From an uncultured virus (IMG/VR IMGVR_UViG_3300037419_001565) (lineage: Duplodnaviria; Heunggongvirae; Uroviricota; Caudoviricetes): 64,000 nucleotides of DNA. The position numbers were made by a program, and so were the translations under genes. The stretch is from the IMG/VR virus record IMGVR_UViG_3300037419_001565; one strand, 5' to 3'. Under the pieces are notes generated by a model, which had not been told where the DNA came from, did not search any database, and was given only the letters and a program-made list of their open reading frames with translations. Of this stretch, positions 28,440-37,696 are shown in pieces (the first letter of the stretch is position 1; every line of letters starts with the position of its first letter).

Positions 28440-30559
28440 TAAATCTTTCTCAGGTTATGTGCCCAGATCCCACCTGCAAGGTAAATATGTGGAGCGGTCA
28501 GGTGGAGGCGATGAACGGTGCCGGTGCCTGCGGGAACACAAGTAGCGGATAAACCTACTTCCGTCCCTTCTGCCCACACTTTCGCGTTTTCCCAATATGC
28601 TTCTCCAACACGAATCCATAAACCATTCACACAGATAGAATGTGTGTTTGAGCAGGTCAGGGATTGTCCGTTCGAGAGCGTGATTGTGTGAAGTGGTTGG
28701 TCAGCTATTTCTTCTTTTTGAAGAAGCGTGGCACCCACACCGGAGTAGGGAGTGGCGAGAACATCTCCAATTTCTAATTGTTCAACCGACTTCTCAGTCC
28801 CATCCAGAAGACGAATCGGAGTTCCTGCAACAACGCATCCACCTGCTCCACCGCCACCGCCAGTCGAACCCCCACCACCTGAAAGCGTGATTGTGCCAAT
28901 ATAGAAACGCCCTTCGGCATTAGTAATGTCTTTACTGTTGGTGGTTTGTTGATACGTTACAGTGCCGCCACTGTATGTAGGATCGTCAAAATAGATGAAA
29001 TAAGGAACACCGTAAGAAGCGACCGAAAGGGAACCTGAGTTGTAACTCACAGTCCCAAATCCGAAATACATCGTGAACGCAGAGACTAGGACGGTAAGAG
29101 AGACCCCTGATTGACTAAGCGGTTGAGGATCAGGAGTGTTGCCAGTGTTGACTCCTGATTGTTCGTAAGTGGTGTTTTGGCGGGTAACGATGAAATCGTC
29201 AAACCGTGTGTCCCATTCCAAGGTTAGTGGGGTGATTGGTGCCCCAGTGGTGTTCGTTACGCCTGTATAGGGAAGAATATAAGCGTAAGACCACGGGTTT
29301 GCACCCGCCGCAGGAACGGTGACTGCTTTTGTGTAGCGTGTCCATCCGCCATTGGTGGTGGTCACGTTAGCAATGTTTAGAAGCGTGGAGTTTCCTGCGG
29401 TGTCAACACAAACAAAATATGCCCCTGCATCAAACGTCAAACCTGCAGTCGGGCCGTTTGTTCTAGCCGTCCACATCCAAAAACTCACAACCCATTGCTG
29501 GGCTGCAACAATCGGAATGCGAGTTGTTGAACTGTAGTCTTGTCTGTAGCGGGTGGATCCCCCAGGAATCGCTACGGAATTAGTCAGACTGCTGAATAAA
29601 CAAGCATCACTCGAATGAGCATTGCTACCGGTTTCTCGGGTATAACCAAAAGTGCCTGCGACATTGGTAACTCCTGGAACCCACCCTAGTGCAATTTCCG
29701 TGGTGTTCGGCTGCGCGGCAATCGTAAAACTGGGATTGTCGATGACATTGCTGCCTGCTGGAATCGACAAAGCCAAGGGAGTGTTGCTGGCAACGCTGCT
29801 AAAAGAACTTACAAGATCAGCAGTGTTTACGGCCTTGATCCAGTAGTAGTTTGTTGCGTTTGGGTCTGCCGTATTGTCTTGATAGCTAGCCGATCCCGTT
29901 TTGGTAGCTTGAATAGGCGCAATCTTTGTCGCGGTGCCGGAATTGTTGGAAGAGTTCCGATAAACGTTATATCCAGCGAGATTGCTTTCACTGTTCTCTG
30001 TCCAACTTAACGAAACACCGAAACGCGTTGCACTCGCGCTCAATCCAGTCGGAGCATTCGGGGCTGATGCGTTTCCATCTAAAACAACTGTCTGAGAGGG
30101 TGCGTTGCCCCAATCACTCCGAGCCGCTTCGCTTGAGTTCTTGGCGACCAGATAAAGCGTGATGGTTTCGTTGGTACGCTGGAGAGTGGTTTTAAAAGAA
30201 GCCGAACCACCTGCAACCCCTGTGTAGGTGTGCTCGTGGATTTTTACCAGCTCTGCCGAACCACGGTAATTCTTCGCAACCAAGAAGACTCCCGCAAAAG
30301 TTCCAAGCGGAGTCGGAGAAGTGTAGGAACAAGTGACTTCCGAATAGAGAACCCCATCAATCACATATCCACTCTCACTAACCGAGGTAAAGATTGGATC
30401 GAGCGGAATCTCCGTGTTTGCAAGAACTACTTGAGTCTCTTGACTTTGCCTCTCAACCTGTCCGACTCGATTATTGAGGTCTCTTAAATCACTGCTGAGA
30501 CCACGACTCCAACGCGAAATAGTGGGGTCGTCGCCATAATTGAGAGGTTCGAAGGACAT
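28439..30559 (-). CDS. tail fibre/receptor-binding protein with FN3, CBM-like and C-terminal Hint domains
   Basis: APNAPTGLSA...LSW...GYNVYR...YWIKAV (FN3); NVIDNPSF (CBM-like); GGGG-CVVAGT...WAHN. Confidence 0.75.
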   Translation of the reverse strand: MSFEPLNYGDDPTISRWSRGLSSDLRDLNNRVGQVERQSQETQVVLANTEIPLDPIFTSVSESGYVIDGVLYSEVTCSYTSPTPLGTFAGVFLVAKNYRGSAELVKIHEHTYTGVAGGSASFKTTLQRTNETITLYLVAKNSSEAARSDWGNAPSQTVVLDGNASAPNAPTGLSASATRFGVSLSWTENSESNLAGYNVYRNSSNNSGTATKIAPIQATKTGSASYQDNTADPNATNYYWIKAVNTADLVSSFSSVASNTPLALSIPAGSNVIDNPSFTIAAQPNTTEIALGWVPGVTNVAGTFGYTRETGSNAHSSDACLFSSLTNSVAIPGGSTRYRQDYSSTTRIPIVAAQQWVVSFWMWTARTNGPTAGLTFDAGAYFVCVDTAGNSTLLNIANVTTTNGGWTRYTKAVTVPAAGANPWSYAYILPYTGVTNTTGAPITPLTLEWDTRFDDFIVTRQNTTYEQSGVNTGNTPDPQPLSQSGVSLTVLVSAFTMYFGFGTVSYNSGSLSVASYGVPYFIYFDDPTYSGGTVTYQQTTNSKDITNAEGRFYIGTITLSGGGGSTGGGGGAGGCVVAGTPIRLLDGTEKSVEQLEIGDVLATPYSGVGATLLQKEEIADQPLHTITLSNGQSLTCSNTHSICVNGLWIRVGEAYWENAKVWAEGTEVGLSATCVPAGTGTVHRLHLTAPHIYLAGGIWAHNLRKI

Positions 30560-30591
30560 TGATTGAGATGGAAAGGTTTTGAGGGAGATGG

Positions 30592-32508
30592 TTAAACGAG
30601 CTGGTGGACGGGAACCACATTGGTTCGGTAGTAATCCACCACCGACGAGGCATTCGCCGTGGAGACGAACTTGAATCGGTAGAAACGGAACTTGGTCGTC
30701 TTTCCCGCAAGCGGAACGAAACTTTCCCCGATGTACGAACCCGTGAGAGTCGTGCCACTCACAACCGAAGTCGGGGAAGAGAAATCACCTACGTTCGTCG
30801 CACCATCCACACTCACCGCAAGATTGCTATCGGCTGTCATCACCTCAAGGCTGTTGAGAACCTTGCGTGTGGTGGATTGTCCGAGGTCAAGCCAGGAGGT
30901 TTGGACGGTCGAGGTGAAATCGGCTGGAGTGTTGCCCACCCGGTCCTGCGTGGCAGAGGCGTTGATGTTGTAAATCTTCCCTGCGACCGATGCAGAACTG
31001 AAGAGGAACTGCGGAAGTCCGCTCGCGTTGATGTTGAACAACATCGAGGCGGAGGAGTCGGTCAGAAACCACACCACCCATGTCTTACGACGGAGATCGT
31101 AGATAAGGAGCGTGTCGCATTCGGTATTCGAACCAGTCGGAATCGCAAGTGCGTAGATGTCATACTGCGCGTTCGAGACCGTGACCGCGTGAGCTTTGCT
31201 CTGCGCGACCGTAGAGTTGATGGTGCTGAGGATGTGCTGAACCTGCCAACCCACATCTGCGTAGGCTTGGAAGTTTGAGGCCATCACTCGGAAGTCGGGC
31301 GTGAGCCACAAACATCCGACCGGAGCGCCCTCAACAAACCCTGCCTTCCACACATCCTGATTCAGAACTCCCGCTTCGTTGAAGATGACTTCAGGCCGCG
31401 AGAAGGTATCAGGCCCGTCGCCATCAATCCTGCGAATGTGACGCTCGGTTCCGATGTAAAGGGAAAGCCCATCCGACATCATTCCGCGAATGGCTTCGGC
31501 TCCCACGGAGCAATCGAAAAAGTAATCCGCAGGCCAGCACTCTTCATAACGTCCAGCGGTGGTTGCGGTCGAGGTGACAACCTCATTCGCGTTTTTCGAG
31601 AAGTAAACAAGCTGACCCGACGCGAGAAAAATCCGCCCGCGATGCTTGGTGGGATAAATCCCGTTTGGCGGCGGATCGTTGTCACTAACCCCTATCTCCA
31701 ATCCCGCTTGGTTGGTTTCGAGATAGATGGGATTGAGAAGGAGAGTTGCTTCAGGGATCGTGTCGGTAAAGGTGATAGTACCGTTGGTGACTTGGCCAAG
31801 GAAATAGAGAGTGGTTGCATCTCCACCATCAGCGGTCGCGAGAATGAGTTTCTGATCGACTTGGGAATCGGCTGAAACCTCCAAAGAAGAGAGGGGAATG
31901 TTTCGCGATGTGATGGGGCCAGTCGAGGCGCTGATGGGATTGAGGTTTGAGATTTGTCCCGTGGTGGAGTTCTTGAAAACGAGATAGTAGTTACGACCAC
32001 GTTGGAGAGTGATGCTTCCAGCTACCGACGCTCCGACATTGATGGCCGTGACAGGTTTCGCAATCCCCCATTTACTGACGCCCGAAGCGGCAGCTCCGTT
32101 CCACTTTTTGAGATCCCCGCTGGTGCCCGAAGCGAAGTAAGCATAGTCACGGGAGTTGACCAATCGTGGTTGAGTCGAGGGAGTGAAGAGAGCCAGCGCG
32201 TAATTCGTGCCATCCTCATTGAGCGCGTCCACCCGCGAGGAAGTACTCACCACAATCCTCCGCGCATTGGTGGTGTCGTTCTCGTACATCTGCATCTGGC
32301 GATAGGTCGCCGCCGCAGGCGAGGCAAAAAGCGTGTACCCCCAACGGCGCTGGATGTTCCCCGCCGAAGGAGGCATGACGTTTTCGAGCTTTTCGAACAG
32401 GTCCGGATTCTGACCAGGCGGCTTGGTAAAGCCGTCCACTCCCGCAGCGCGAAAGCTCTTGCGGGTGTAGTAATAGCCCGAATCTGTTTTTGAGATTTCT
32501 GCTTCCAT
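30592..32508 (-). CDS. tail nozzle / stabilisation protein (P22 gp10 or tubular B-like)
   Basis: LENVMP..GNIQRRWG N-terminus, beta-rich, synteny. Confidence 0.65.
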   Translation of the reverse strand: MEAEISKTDSGYYYTRKSFRAAGVDGFTKPPGQNPDLFEKLENVMPPSAGNIQRRWGYTLFASPAAATYRQMQMYENDTTNARRIVVSTSSRVDALNEDGTNYALALFTPSTQPRLVNSRDYAYFASGTSGDLKKWNGAAASGVSKWGIAKPVTAINVGASVAGSITLQRGRNYYLVFKNSTTGQISNLNPISASTGPITSRNIPLSSLEVSADSQVDQKLILATADGGDATTLYFLGQVTNGTITFTDTIPEATLLLNPIYLETNQAGLEIGVSDNDPPPNGIYPTKHRGRIFLASGQLVYFSKNANEVVTSTATTAGRYEECWPADYFFDCSVGAEAIRGMMSDGLSLYIGTERHIRRIDGDGPDTFSRPEVIFNEAGVLNQDVWKAGFVEGAPVGCLWLTPDFRVMASNFQAYADVGWQVQHILSTINSTVAQSKAHAVTVSNAQYDIYALAIPTGSNTECDTLLIYDLRRKTWVVWFLTDSSASMLFNINASGLPQFLFSSASVAGKIYNINASATQDRVGNTPADFTSTVQTSWLDLGQSTTRKVLNSLEVMTADSNLAVSVDGATNVGDFSSPTSVVSGTTLTGSYIGESFVPLAGKTTKFRFYRFKFVSTANASSVVDYYRTNVVPVHQLV

Positions 32509-32644
32509 CAGGAGGGATTTTTCATCTCCCTCAAAACCTTTCAGTTGTGGAGATACGTGAGATTGAAAGGTTTATGGGAGATGGCTTGTGTTCAATATTT
32601 GTCTTTGTTCAATATTTTTGAACACGCCGAAATATTGAACAGGC

Positions 32645-33742
32645 TTAGAAATTGCTATTCATCATCGGGTCGGGGCCGATGAAGTTTGAGTTCGCGGAGG
32701 GCTGGAGATTGTAGTCGCGGGTGATCTGACGTAGGCCGTCGAGAAAGAGGCGTTGCCAGTAAGCCGCTTCGTTATCGGCCTTCAAGAATTTGAAAGTGAG
32801 TTCGTTCACGCCCGCCTTCACGATGTCGGCGTAATCGTCGGGGATCAGGAGAACAGTCGCGAGCGAGGAAACGGTCGGACGGGTCTTGTAGTAGCGGAAC
32901 TCAATCAGATAGCCGCGAAGAGGTTCGATAGTGGAGGCGGTTGGGAGGGGGGTGCCTGCGGAGAGTCCGCTTATGGATTCCGTGAAATCTGAGCCGAAGT
33001 TTGTTCCCGTTCCTTGCTTGGTCTCGCTCCCGCTGGTGGTCGAAATGTAAACGTTGAACTTTGTGTAGGGGATTCCGCTCGCAGGGTTGACCGGCGTGGC
33101 GGGAGATTTCACCATCAGGAGTTTGTTTGCGGGAACGAACACCTGTGCTTCTGGCCCCGGCAGACTCTCCCCACCATTCGAATCCACAACCGTCAGGCGC
33201 ACATAGTAAGTGCGGGCTGAGAGTGCTCCGCTCGTGGTGGTTGACAAGATAGGAGCCGCGCCGATTGGTTGGTAAGAGTTCTGATTGTCGGGAGCGGGAA
33301 AGATGGAGAGGACGTTTGGGGTGGTTACATCCACATCGAGCCAGCTTGTCGGTCTGCCGATTCGGGATGTTCCGTCCTGATATTGGAAGCTGACGGGGAG
33401 GGGATCGGAATCGACTCGCGCTAGCGGCGTGTTGTTGCTCCGATCCCAAACATGATTAGGTTGGATGAATCCGATGTCGGTGAGATTGAGTCCCGTGTCG
33501 TAGGTGCCTGCGGTCGCGGAGCCGCTTGTGCCGATCCAGTAGTCCGTCACTCCCAACTGCGTCACGAACTGCTTAGGCGCGGAGAGTAGGAACGGGTGGC
33601 GCTGATTCCTCAGAATCCTCTGCTGAACGCGATTGACATAGCCGAGAATAATGGTCGCGTCGGTTCCAGAGTTGCCCAACACCTTGCGGACATCTTGGGA
33701 TACATCGTCAACGATATTTTGTGCTGTGGTGGTCTGGAGCAT
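32645..33742 (-). CDS. head-tail adaptor with inserted beta domain
   Basis: N-terminal helices, IFPAPD, EFRYYK...LIPDDY; insert TYYVRLTVVDSNGGES. Confidence 0.65.
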   Translation of the reverse strand: MLQTTTAQNIVDDVSQDVRKVLGNSGTDATIILGYVNRVQQRILRNQRHPFLLSAPKQFVTQLGVTDYWIGTSGSATAGTYDTGLNLTDIGFIQPNHVWDRSNNTPLARVDSDPLPVSFQYQDGTSRIGRPTSWLDVDVTTPNVLSIFPAPDNQNSYQPIGAAPILSTTTSGALSARTYYVRLTVVDSNGGESLPGPEAQVFVPANKLLMVKSPATPVNPASGIPYTKFNVYISTTSGSETKQGTGTNFGSDFTESISGLSAGTPLPTASTIEPLRGYLIEFRYYKTRPTVSSLATVLLIPDDYADIVKAGVNELTFKFLKADNEAAYWQRLFLDGLRQITRDYNLQPSANSNFIGPDPMMNSNF

Positions 33743-33757
33743 TTGAGATGGAAAGGT

Positions 33758-34366
33758 TTATTGGGAGATGGAGATTGGGGTGGGGAGGTCTAGATGCCTA
33801 CCCTTGAGATGGAAGAGACGTTGAAACCAATTTCTTTTCTGTGCGGCGTTATAAGCCTTCGCGTAGACCACTTCGGTCTTGTGGAGCTGGTCGAGAGTCG
33901 CTGCGAGTTGCTTGCCTTGAATATCGACCTGAGATTTCAGCGCGTCGATTTGCTCTTGCTGCTTGGCCTCAATCTGCTTGCGCTGCTGGTTCTCTTCGTA
34001 GAGCGCGTCGTAGTCGGCTAGCTTCGTTGCGTCGTCAGTCGGATGAACATTTGCCGCAACTGCCCGCTTGATGTCGTTGAGACCTTGCTTTAGTTGAGCA
34101 ACCGATTGCTCGGCCACATCCGCTCGTTGTTCGGCGGCCTTCTTCTGATCGCTGAGGGCGTTGAGCGTTTGTTCGAACTTCGCTCTATCGGCCTCCCAAG
34201 CCTTTTTATCTTCCTGAAGCTGAGAAATCTTTCCCTCTTGCTCTCCTGTGGAACGCCCACGCTGGTAAGCCCATTCGTAAGCGCCCCACAAAAGGAGAAC
34301 AACTCCTAAGGTAGCGAGAGCCTTTCGGAGAAGTGGTGAAGCTAAGAGGGAAGCGAGCGAGAACAT
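33758..34366 (-). CDS. Rz-like inner membrane spanin
   Basis: N-terminal TM plus long coiled coil, near endolysin. Confidence 0.55.
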   Translation of the reverse strand: MFSLASLLASPLLRKALATLGVVLLLWGAYEWAYQRGRSTGEQEGKISQLQEDKKAWEADRAKFEQTLNALSDQKKAAEQRADVAEQSVAQLKQGLNDIKRAVAANVHPTDDATKLADYDALYEENQQRKQIEAKQQEQIDALKSQVDIQGKQLAATLDQLHKTEVVYAKAYNAAQKRNWFQRLFHLKGRHLDLPTPISISQ

Positions 34367-34596
34367 CGGGAGGGATTGGACGCTATCACGGTTTCAGATC
34401 CCCGCACCTGAACCCGACTCAATTCGGGAAGGCTCCCTATACGCGCATCTAGGGAAAGGCCGGATGCGCTCCACCACATGACGTTTCCTAGGACATCATG
34501 TGGCACCGTGTGTAGGCTGATAGCGTATAGCCATCATTCTCACGGCTCCGTTGATAACGCATTAGTTCCGCGTCAGGGCAAAGCAGGGAGCCACGC

Positions 34597-34914
34597 TTAT
34601 TTCCGCATCATCTTCTGATACCACTTGGGAGGCCATTGACCATCCCACAGGCATCCATCAGGTCCGTAATAGTGCCAAGTTCTCCCGGCATCCAGACCTT
34701 GATACATCTGAGATCCATCACGCCCCCAACAATACGTCTCGTTGAAAGCGCACTCATAACGATGCGGAATCAAAAAATCTTCAAAATCATCTGCAGTACG
34801 CAGAGCTTGGTTCTGACGACGGCGCATTCCGCGTGCCGCAAGCTGTTTATCGTGCTTTGCACTTCCGCCGCCACAAATAGCCTGAAAAGGCCGTTTCTTA
34901 AACGAACGACTCAT
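34597..34914 (-). CDS. basic hypothetical phage protein (MSRSFKK...)
   Basis: AGGAGG RBS then ATG 34914. Confidence 0.65.
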   Translation of the reverse strand: MSRSFKKRPFQAICGGGSAKHDKQLAARGMRRRQNQALRTADDFEDFLIPHRYECAFNETYCWGRDGSQMYQGLDAGRTWHYYGPDGCLWDGQWPPKWYQKMMRK

Positions 34915-35064
34915 GGTTAGGTTTCCTCCTAACGCATAAGTCACCTCCTGATTAAACTTAAAAGAGGACTTGGGAAGGAACCGGCATCTCCCCGACGATG
35001 AGACCTTTTGGGATTGCTCCCCTCAGAGCGTCATTTAGTACCGGCTCCTACCGAAGCCCTCTGT

Positions 35065-35099
35065 GTAATTAGACTCCCGAAAACGGGTTCCGACTTCAC
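35065..35099 (-). promoter_or_regulatory. phage ECF-type promoter (motif B)
   Basis: Reverse complement GTGAAGTCG-N16-GTCTAATTAC. Confidence 0.8.
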
Positions 35100-35123
35100 C
35101 ATTTCTGAAAATTATTTTCACCC

Positions 35124-35549
35124 TTAGGCGTAGAAATGATGCTTGCCCAACACAGCCACCAACGGATGCTCCTTAGGCTTCCCCACTATATTGCGGCTGA
35201 ACCAGCCCGAGGTACTACTTTTAGGGTTGCAGTAGTAAAGAGCGCCGTTGGTTATATCTTCAGGCTTATCATCTCCCATAAACCTTTCAGTTATCTCACC
35301 CGCCGCCTCCCACAACTTCCCAGCGGGATCGTCAGGCATCGGGCAGGGCTTCAGGTATTGGGGGTCGGAGGGGACGGACATACACGAGAATTGATTAGGC
35401 CCGGTAATCACCTTCGTGAGCCTTTGATTCCAGGCTTTGGAGCGGTTGAGAATCACATGCCCAACCGCTTCCATTCCCTGTTTGCCCTCACCCCTCGCCT
35501 CTTTGTAGATCACTTCTCTTAGAAGCTGGGATTCAGATTTGAGTTGCAA
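35124..35549 (-). CDS. SleB/Hydrolase_2 cell wall hydrolase (endolysin)
   Basis: IYKEARGEG...AVGHVILNR...QFSC...TNGALYY...GKHHFY. Confidence 0.9.
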   Translation of the reverse strand: MQLKSESQLLREVIYKEARGEGKQGMEAVGHVILNRSKAWNQRLTKVITGPNQFSCMSVPSDPQYLKPCPMPDDPAGKLWEAAGEITERFMGDDKPEDITNGALYYCNPKSSTSGWFSRNIVGKPKEHPLVAVLGKHHFYA

Positions 35550-35562
35550 TTTATTTTCCCTC

Positions 35563-35883
35563 TTAAATGCCCTCTACCGGCATATCAATAGCCCCGCGAG
35601 TCCGGCGAATCACTTCCATCCGTTTCTGGTCGGAGTTGATACGGAGCTTCTGTTCGTGGTCCGCAGCGAGGCGGTCACGCAACTGTTCGGCAACAACCTT
35701 CGGGACGAAGTGTTTCTTGCCCGCCGCGAATTCGTAGTTGTTGAGCGAAATGGAATCGTGCTCAGTGCCGAGAACGGTGAACTGAGGGATCGCAACGTAT
35801 TCCCAATCGCTCTTGTCGGTTTTGAACGCTTCATCGAGCGTCATTGCTTTTACTTCTGATTGTTTTGCTTTGGGGTCTGCCAT
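35563..35883 (-). CDS. hypothetical protein
   Basis: AAGGA RBS, follows capsid gene. Confidence 0.6.
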   Translation of the reverse strand: MADPKAKQSEVKAMTLDEAFKTDKSDWEYVAIPQFTVLGTEHDSISLNNYEFAAGKKHFVPKVVAEQLRDRLAADHEQKLRINSDQKRMEVIRRTRGAIDMPVEGI

Positions 35884-35956
35884 TGTGTGGCTTTTGTCCT
35901 TTTCTTGAAATTGCTCCCGAGGGGAGGATTGTGTCCTCCCCTCAGAAGGCTAGAGA

Positions 35957-37663
35957 TTAGTTGGTGATGGAATCGTTGCCGGAGCTACGCACACGGCGGA
36001 TCCATGCCTGGTTCGTGATGACCGATTTCATGGAGAACTTCACACCGAGCTTCGTGCTCTGCTTCAGCGCATCCCCGTGACCACCCGGAGGCGTCACGAT
36101 GGACTCAAGGCTCTGGAAATCCGAGACCTGATACGCACCCATGCCAACTGCGAACGAAGAGTAGATCTTGTTCGAGAAGCCGGTCGTGGCTTGCGAGGTC
36201 ACGGCATAAGCCGGAGAGTTCGAGCGGGTCACGCTCATGCCGGAGATTGCGCCAACCTGACCACGGAAAATCTTGTCCGCGCCTGCGAGTTGGTTAGCAG
36301 CCTTCCAGTCCGGATCACGCTGCAGCGAAGCGTACGGCTGAGGCGAAGTGATGAAAGCGTAATTGCCATCGGCAAACGGCTTTGCACCCTGCGTCACCAG
36401 GATCGCATTCAGCTCCACAAGGTCGTTGTAACTCGGAACGTCCGAAGCGAGGGTTGAGGTGTCACCCGCACGGTTGTTCACGCGATACACGTTGGTCGCA
36501 GCGTCAATCACGTTGTAGATGAGGATGTCGATGACTTCCGCAGACCACAACCCAAGCTTCTGCATTGCTTCCTGAATCAGCGGATGCTTTGCGGAAAGTT
36601 CCGCGAGGTCCGCGATACGAACCAAGTTGCCGTACTGCTCGGTCGTAGCGGTGAACTGATTGATCGTCAGACCAACCGCGTCAGGCTGCGAACCTTCGGT
36701 CAACTGAGTCGGAGACGCAGAGACCGTCAGTTTTTCCATACGGTTGAACTGAATCGTTTTGGAACCGACGCCCTTCGGAAGAGGCTTCGCCTGACCGAAT
36801 TGCTTGAGCACGGTGTTGAGTTCCGCGACATCAAGCATCTGCGCGTCGATAAAGTTGACGAGTTCAGCTGCGGTCGAACCGGCAGAGCCAGCCGAACCAG
36901 TTGTAACTGTGCTTTACCGCTAAATGCGGTTTGGACTATATCTTCTTCCCGCGAAAATAAACGGGAGCTTGGCGTGTAGTCTCTGAGGATTTTTCTGGAC
37001 CTTTACGATTTAGGACACGTACGGCTTTTACATACGTGTAATCTTTATCCGTGTAGGAAGCGTTTTTGGGGAGACCTAATCTGTGCTCCGCATACTCTCC
37101 AACAAGCTGTGCTACTTTCCGTTTATTACCCCGTATATAAGGCATAAACGTACGAACACAATGCGCTACACGTTTTAATCCGCAAATACTGACGGTCTTA
37201 ACATCCTTATGTTTAGGATTGTTCGTACATCCGCCTTTGCGTGTTTGTATATAGTGACCAACCATGTTGTCAGTTAAAATCCGGCTCACTTCGTCGATTA
37301 GATCGAAATCTGAATTGATAAGTGAGAGGCGCGGCATGATTCTCCGCTTGCTTCCGGCTACAAGAGTGAAGGTTCCTTCACCCTCCCATAACCCGACTAA
37401 CCAATTAAGGTCGCCATATTGTTTTAATTGCTTCGATTCCAGAAATCTTTCCTGCTGATTGTCCATTAAGGTTCTCTGTTATTCTGCTCAATTAGACAGC
37501 CGAATAACGGGTTCGACTTCACCTTAACTTAGGTATTTTTACGTAAACAGTAACCGTAAGTATTAGGATGTTCCAGCATATAGCCAAGTTACGTGACCAT
37601 TTAGTTAATCACGTCTGCACCCAAACCGAAGATCGAGAGCAGCCAGGTAAATTTGAATTTCAT
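35957..37663 (-). CDS. major capsid protein, N4-gp56-like; join(37608..37663, 35957..36911), 336 aa after splicing
   Basis: LTEG..PD, EQYGNLVRIADL and GHGDALKQ motifs; in-frame splice product MKFKFTWLLSIFGLGADVITVTTG... Confidence 0.85.
36936..37466 (-). CDS. intron-encoded single-motif LAGLIDADG homing endonuclease
   Basis: WLVGLWEGEGTF motif; ORF overlaps intron Q, R and S elements. Confidence 0.85.
   Translation of the reverse strand: MDNQQERFLESKQLKQYGDLNWLVGLWEGEGTFTLVAGSKRRIMPRLSLINSDFDLIDEVSRILTDNMVGHYIQTRKGGCTNNPKHKDVKTVSICGLKRVAHCVRTFMPYIRGNKRKVAQLVGEYAEHRLGLPKNASYTDKDYTYVKAVRVLNRKGPEKSSETTRQAPVYFRGKKI
37488..37522 (-). promoter_or_regulatory. phage ECF-type promoter (motif B) inside the intron
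   Basis: Reverse complement GTGAAGTCG-N16-GTCTAATTGA, about 25 nt upstream of the endonuclease ATG. Confidence 0.8.
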
Positions 37664-37696
37664 AGAGATTTATCCTTTGAAGGAAGATTTCTCCCC

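Larger units (their letters stand above)
36912..37607 (-). mobile_element. group I intron (696 nt)
   Basis: P1 ACGTGAT/GTCACGT with U-G pair; P TATGCTGGAA; Q AATCAGCAG; R TCAGAGACTACA; S AAGATATAGTCC; terminal G; restores capsid reading frame. Confidence 0.9.

Noticed and set aside
28439..30559. Diversity-generating retroelement target
   Set aside because: No reverse transcriptase or template/variable repeat pair seen in the window
35957..36838. Capsid starting at Met 36838 as in the ORF track
   Set aside because: No SD; the frame continues to the intron 3' splice site and joins an upstream exon with an RBS
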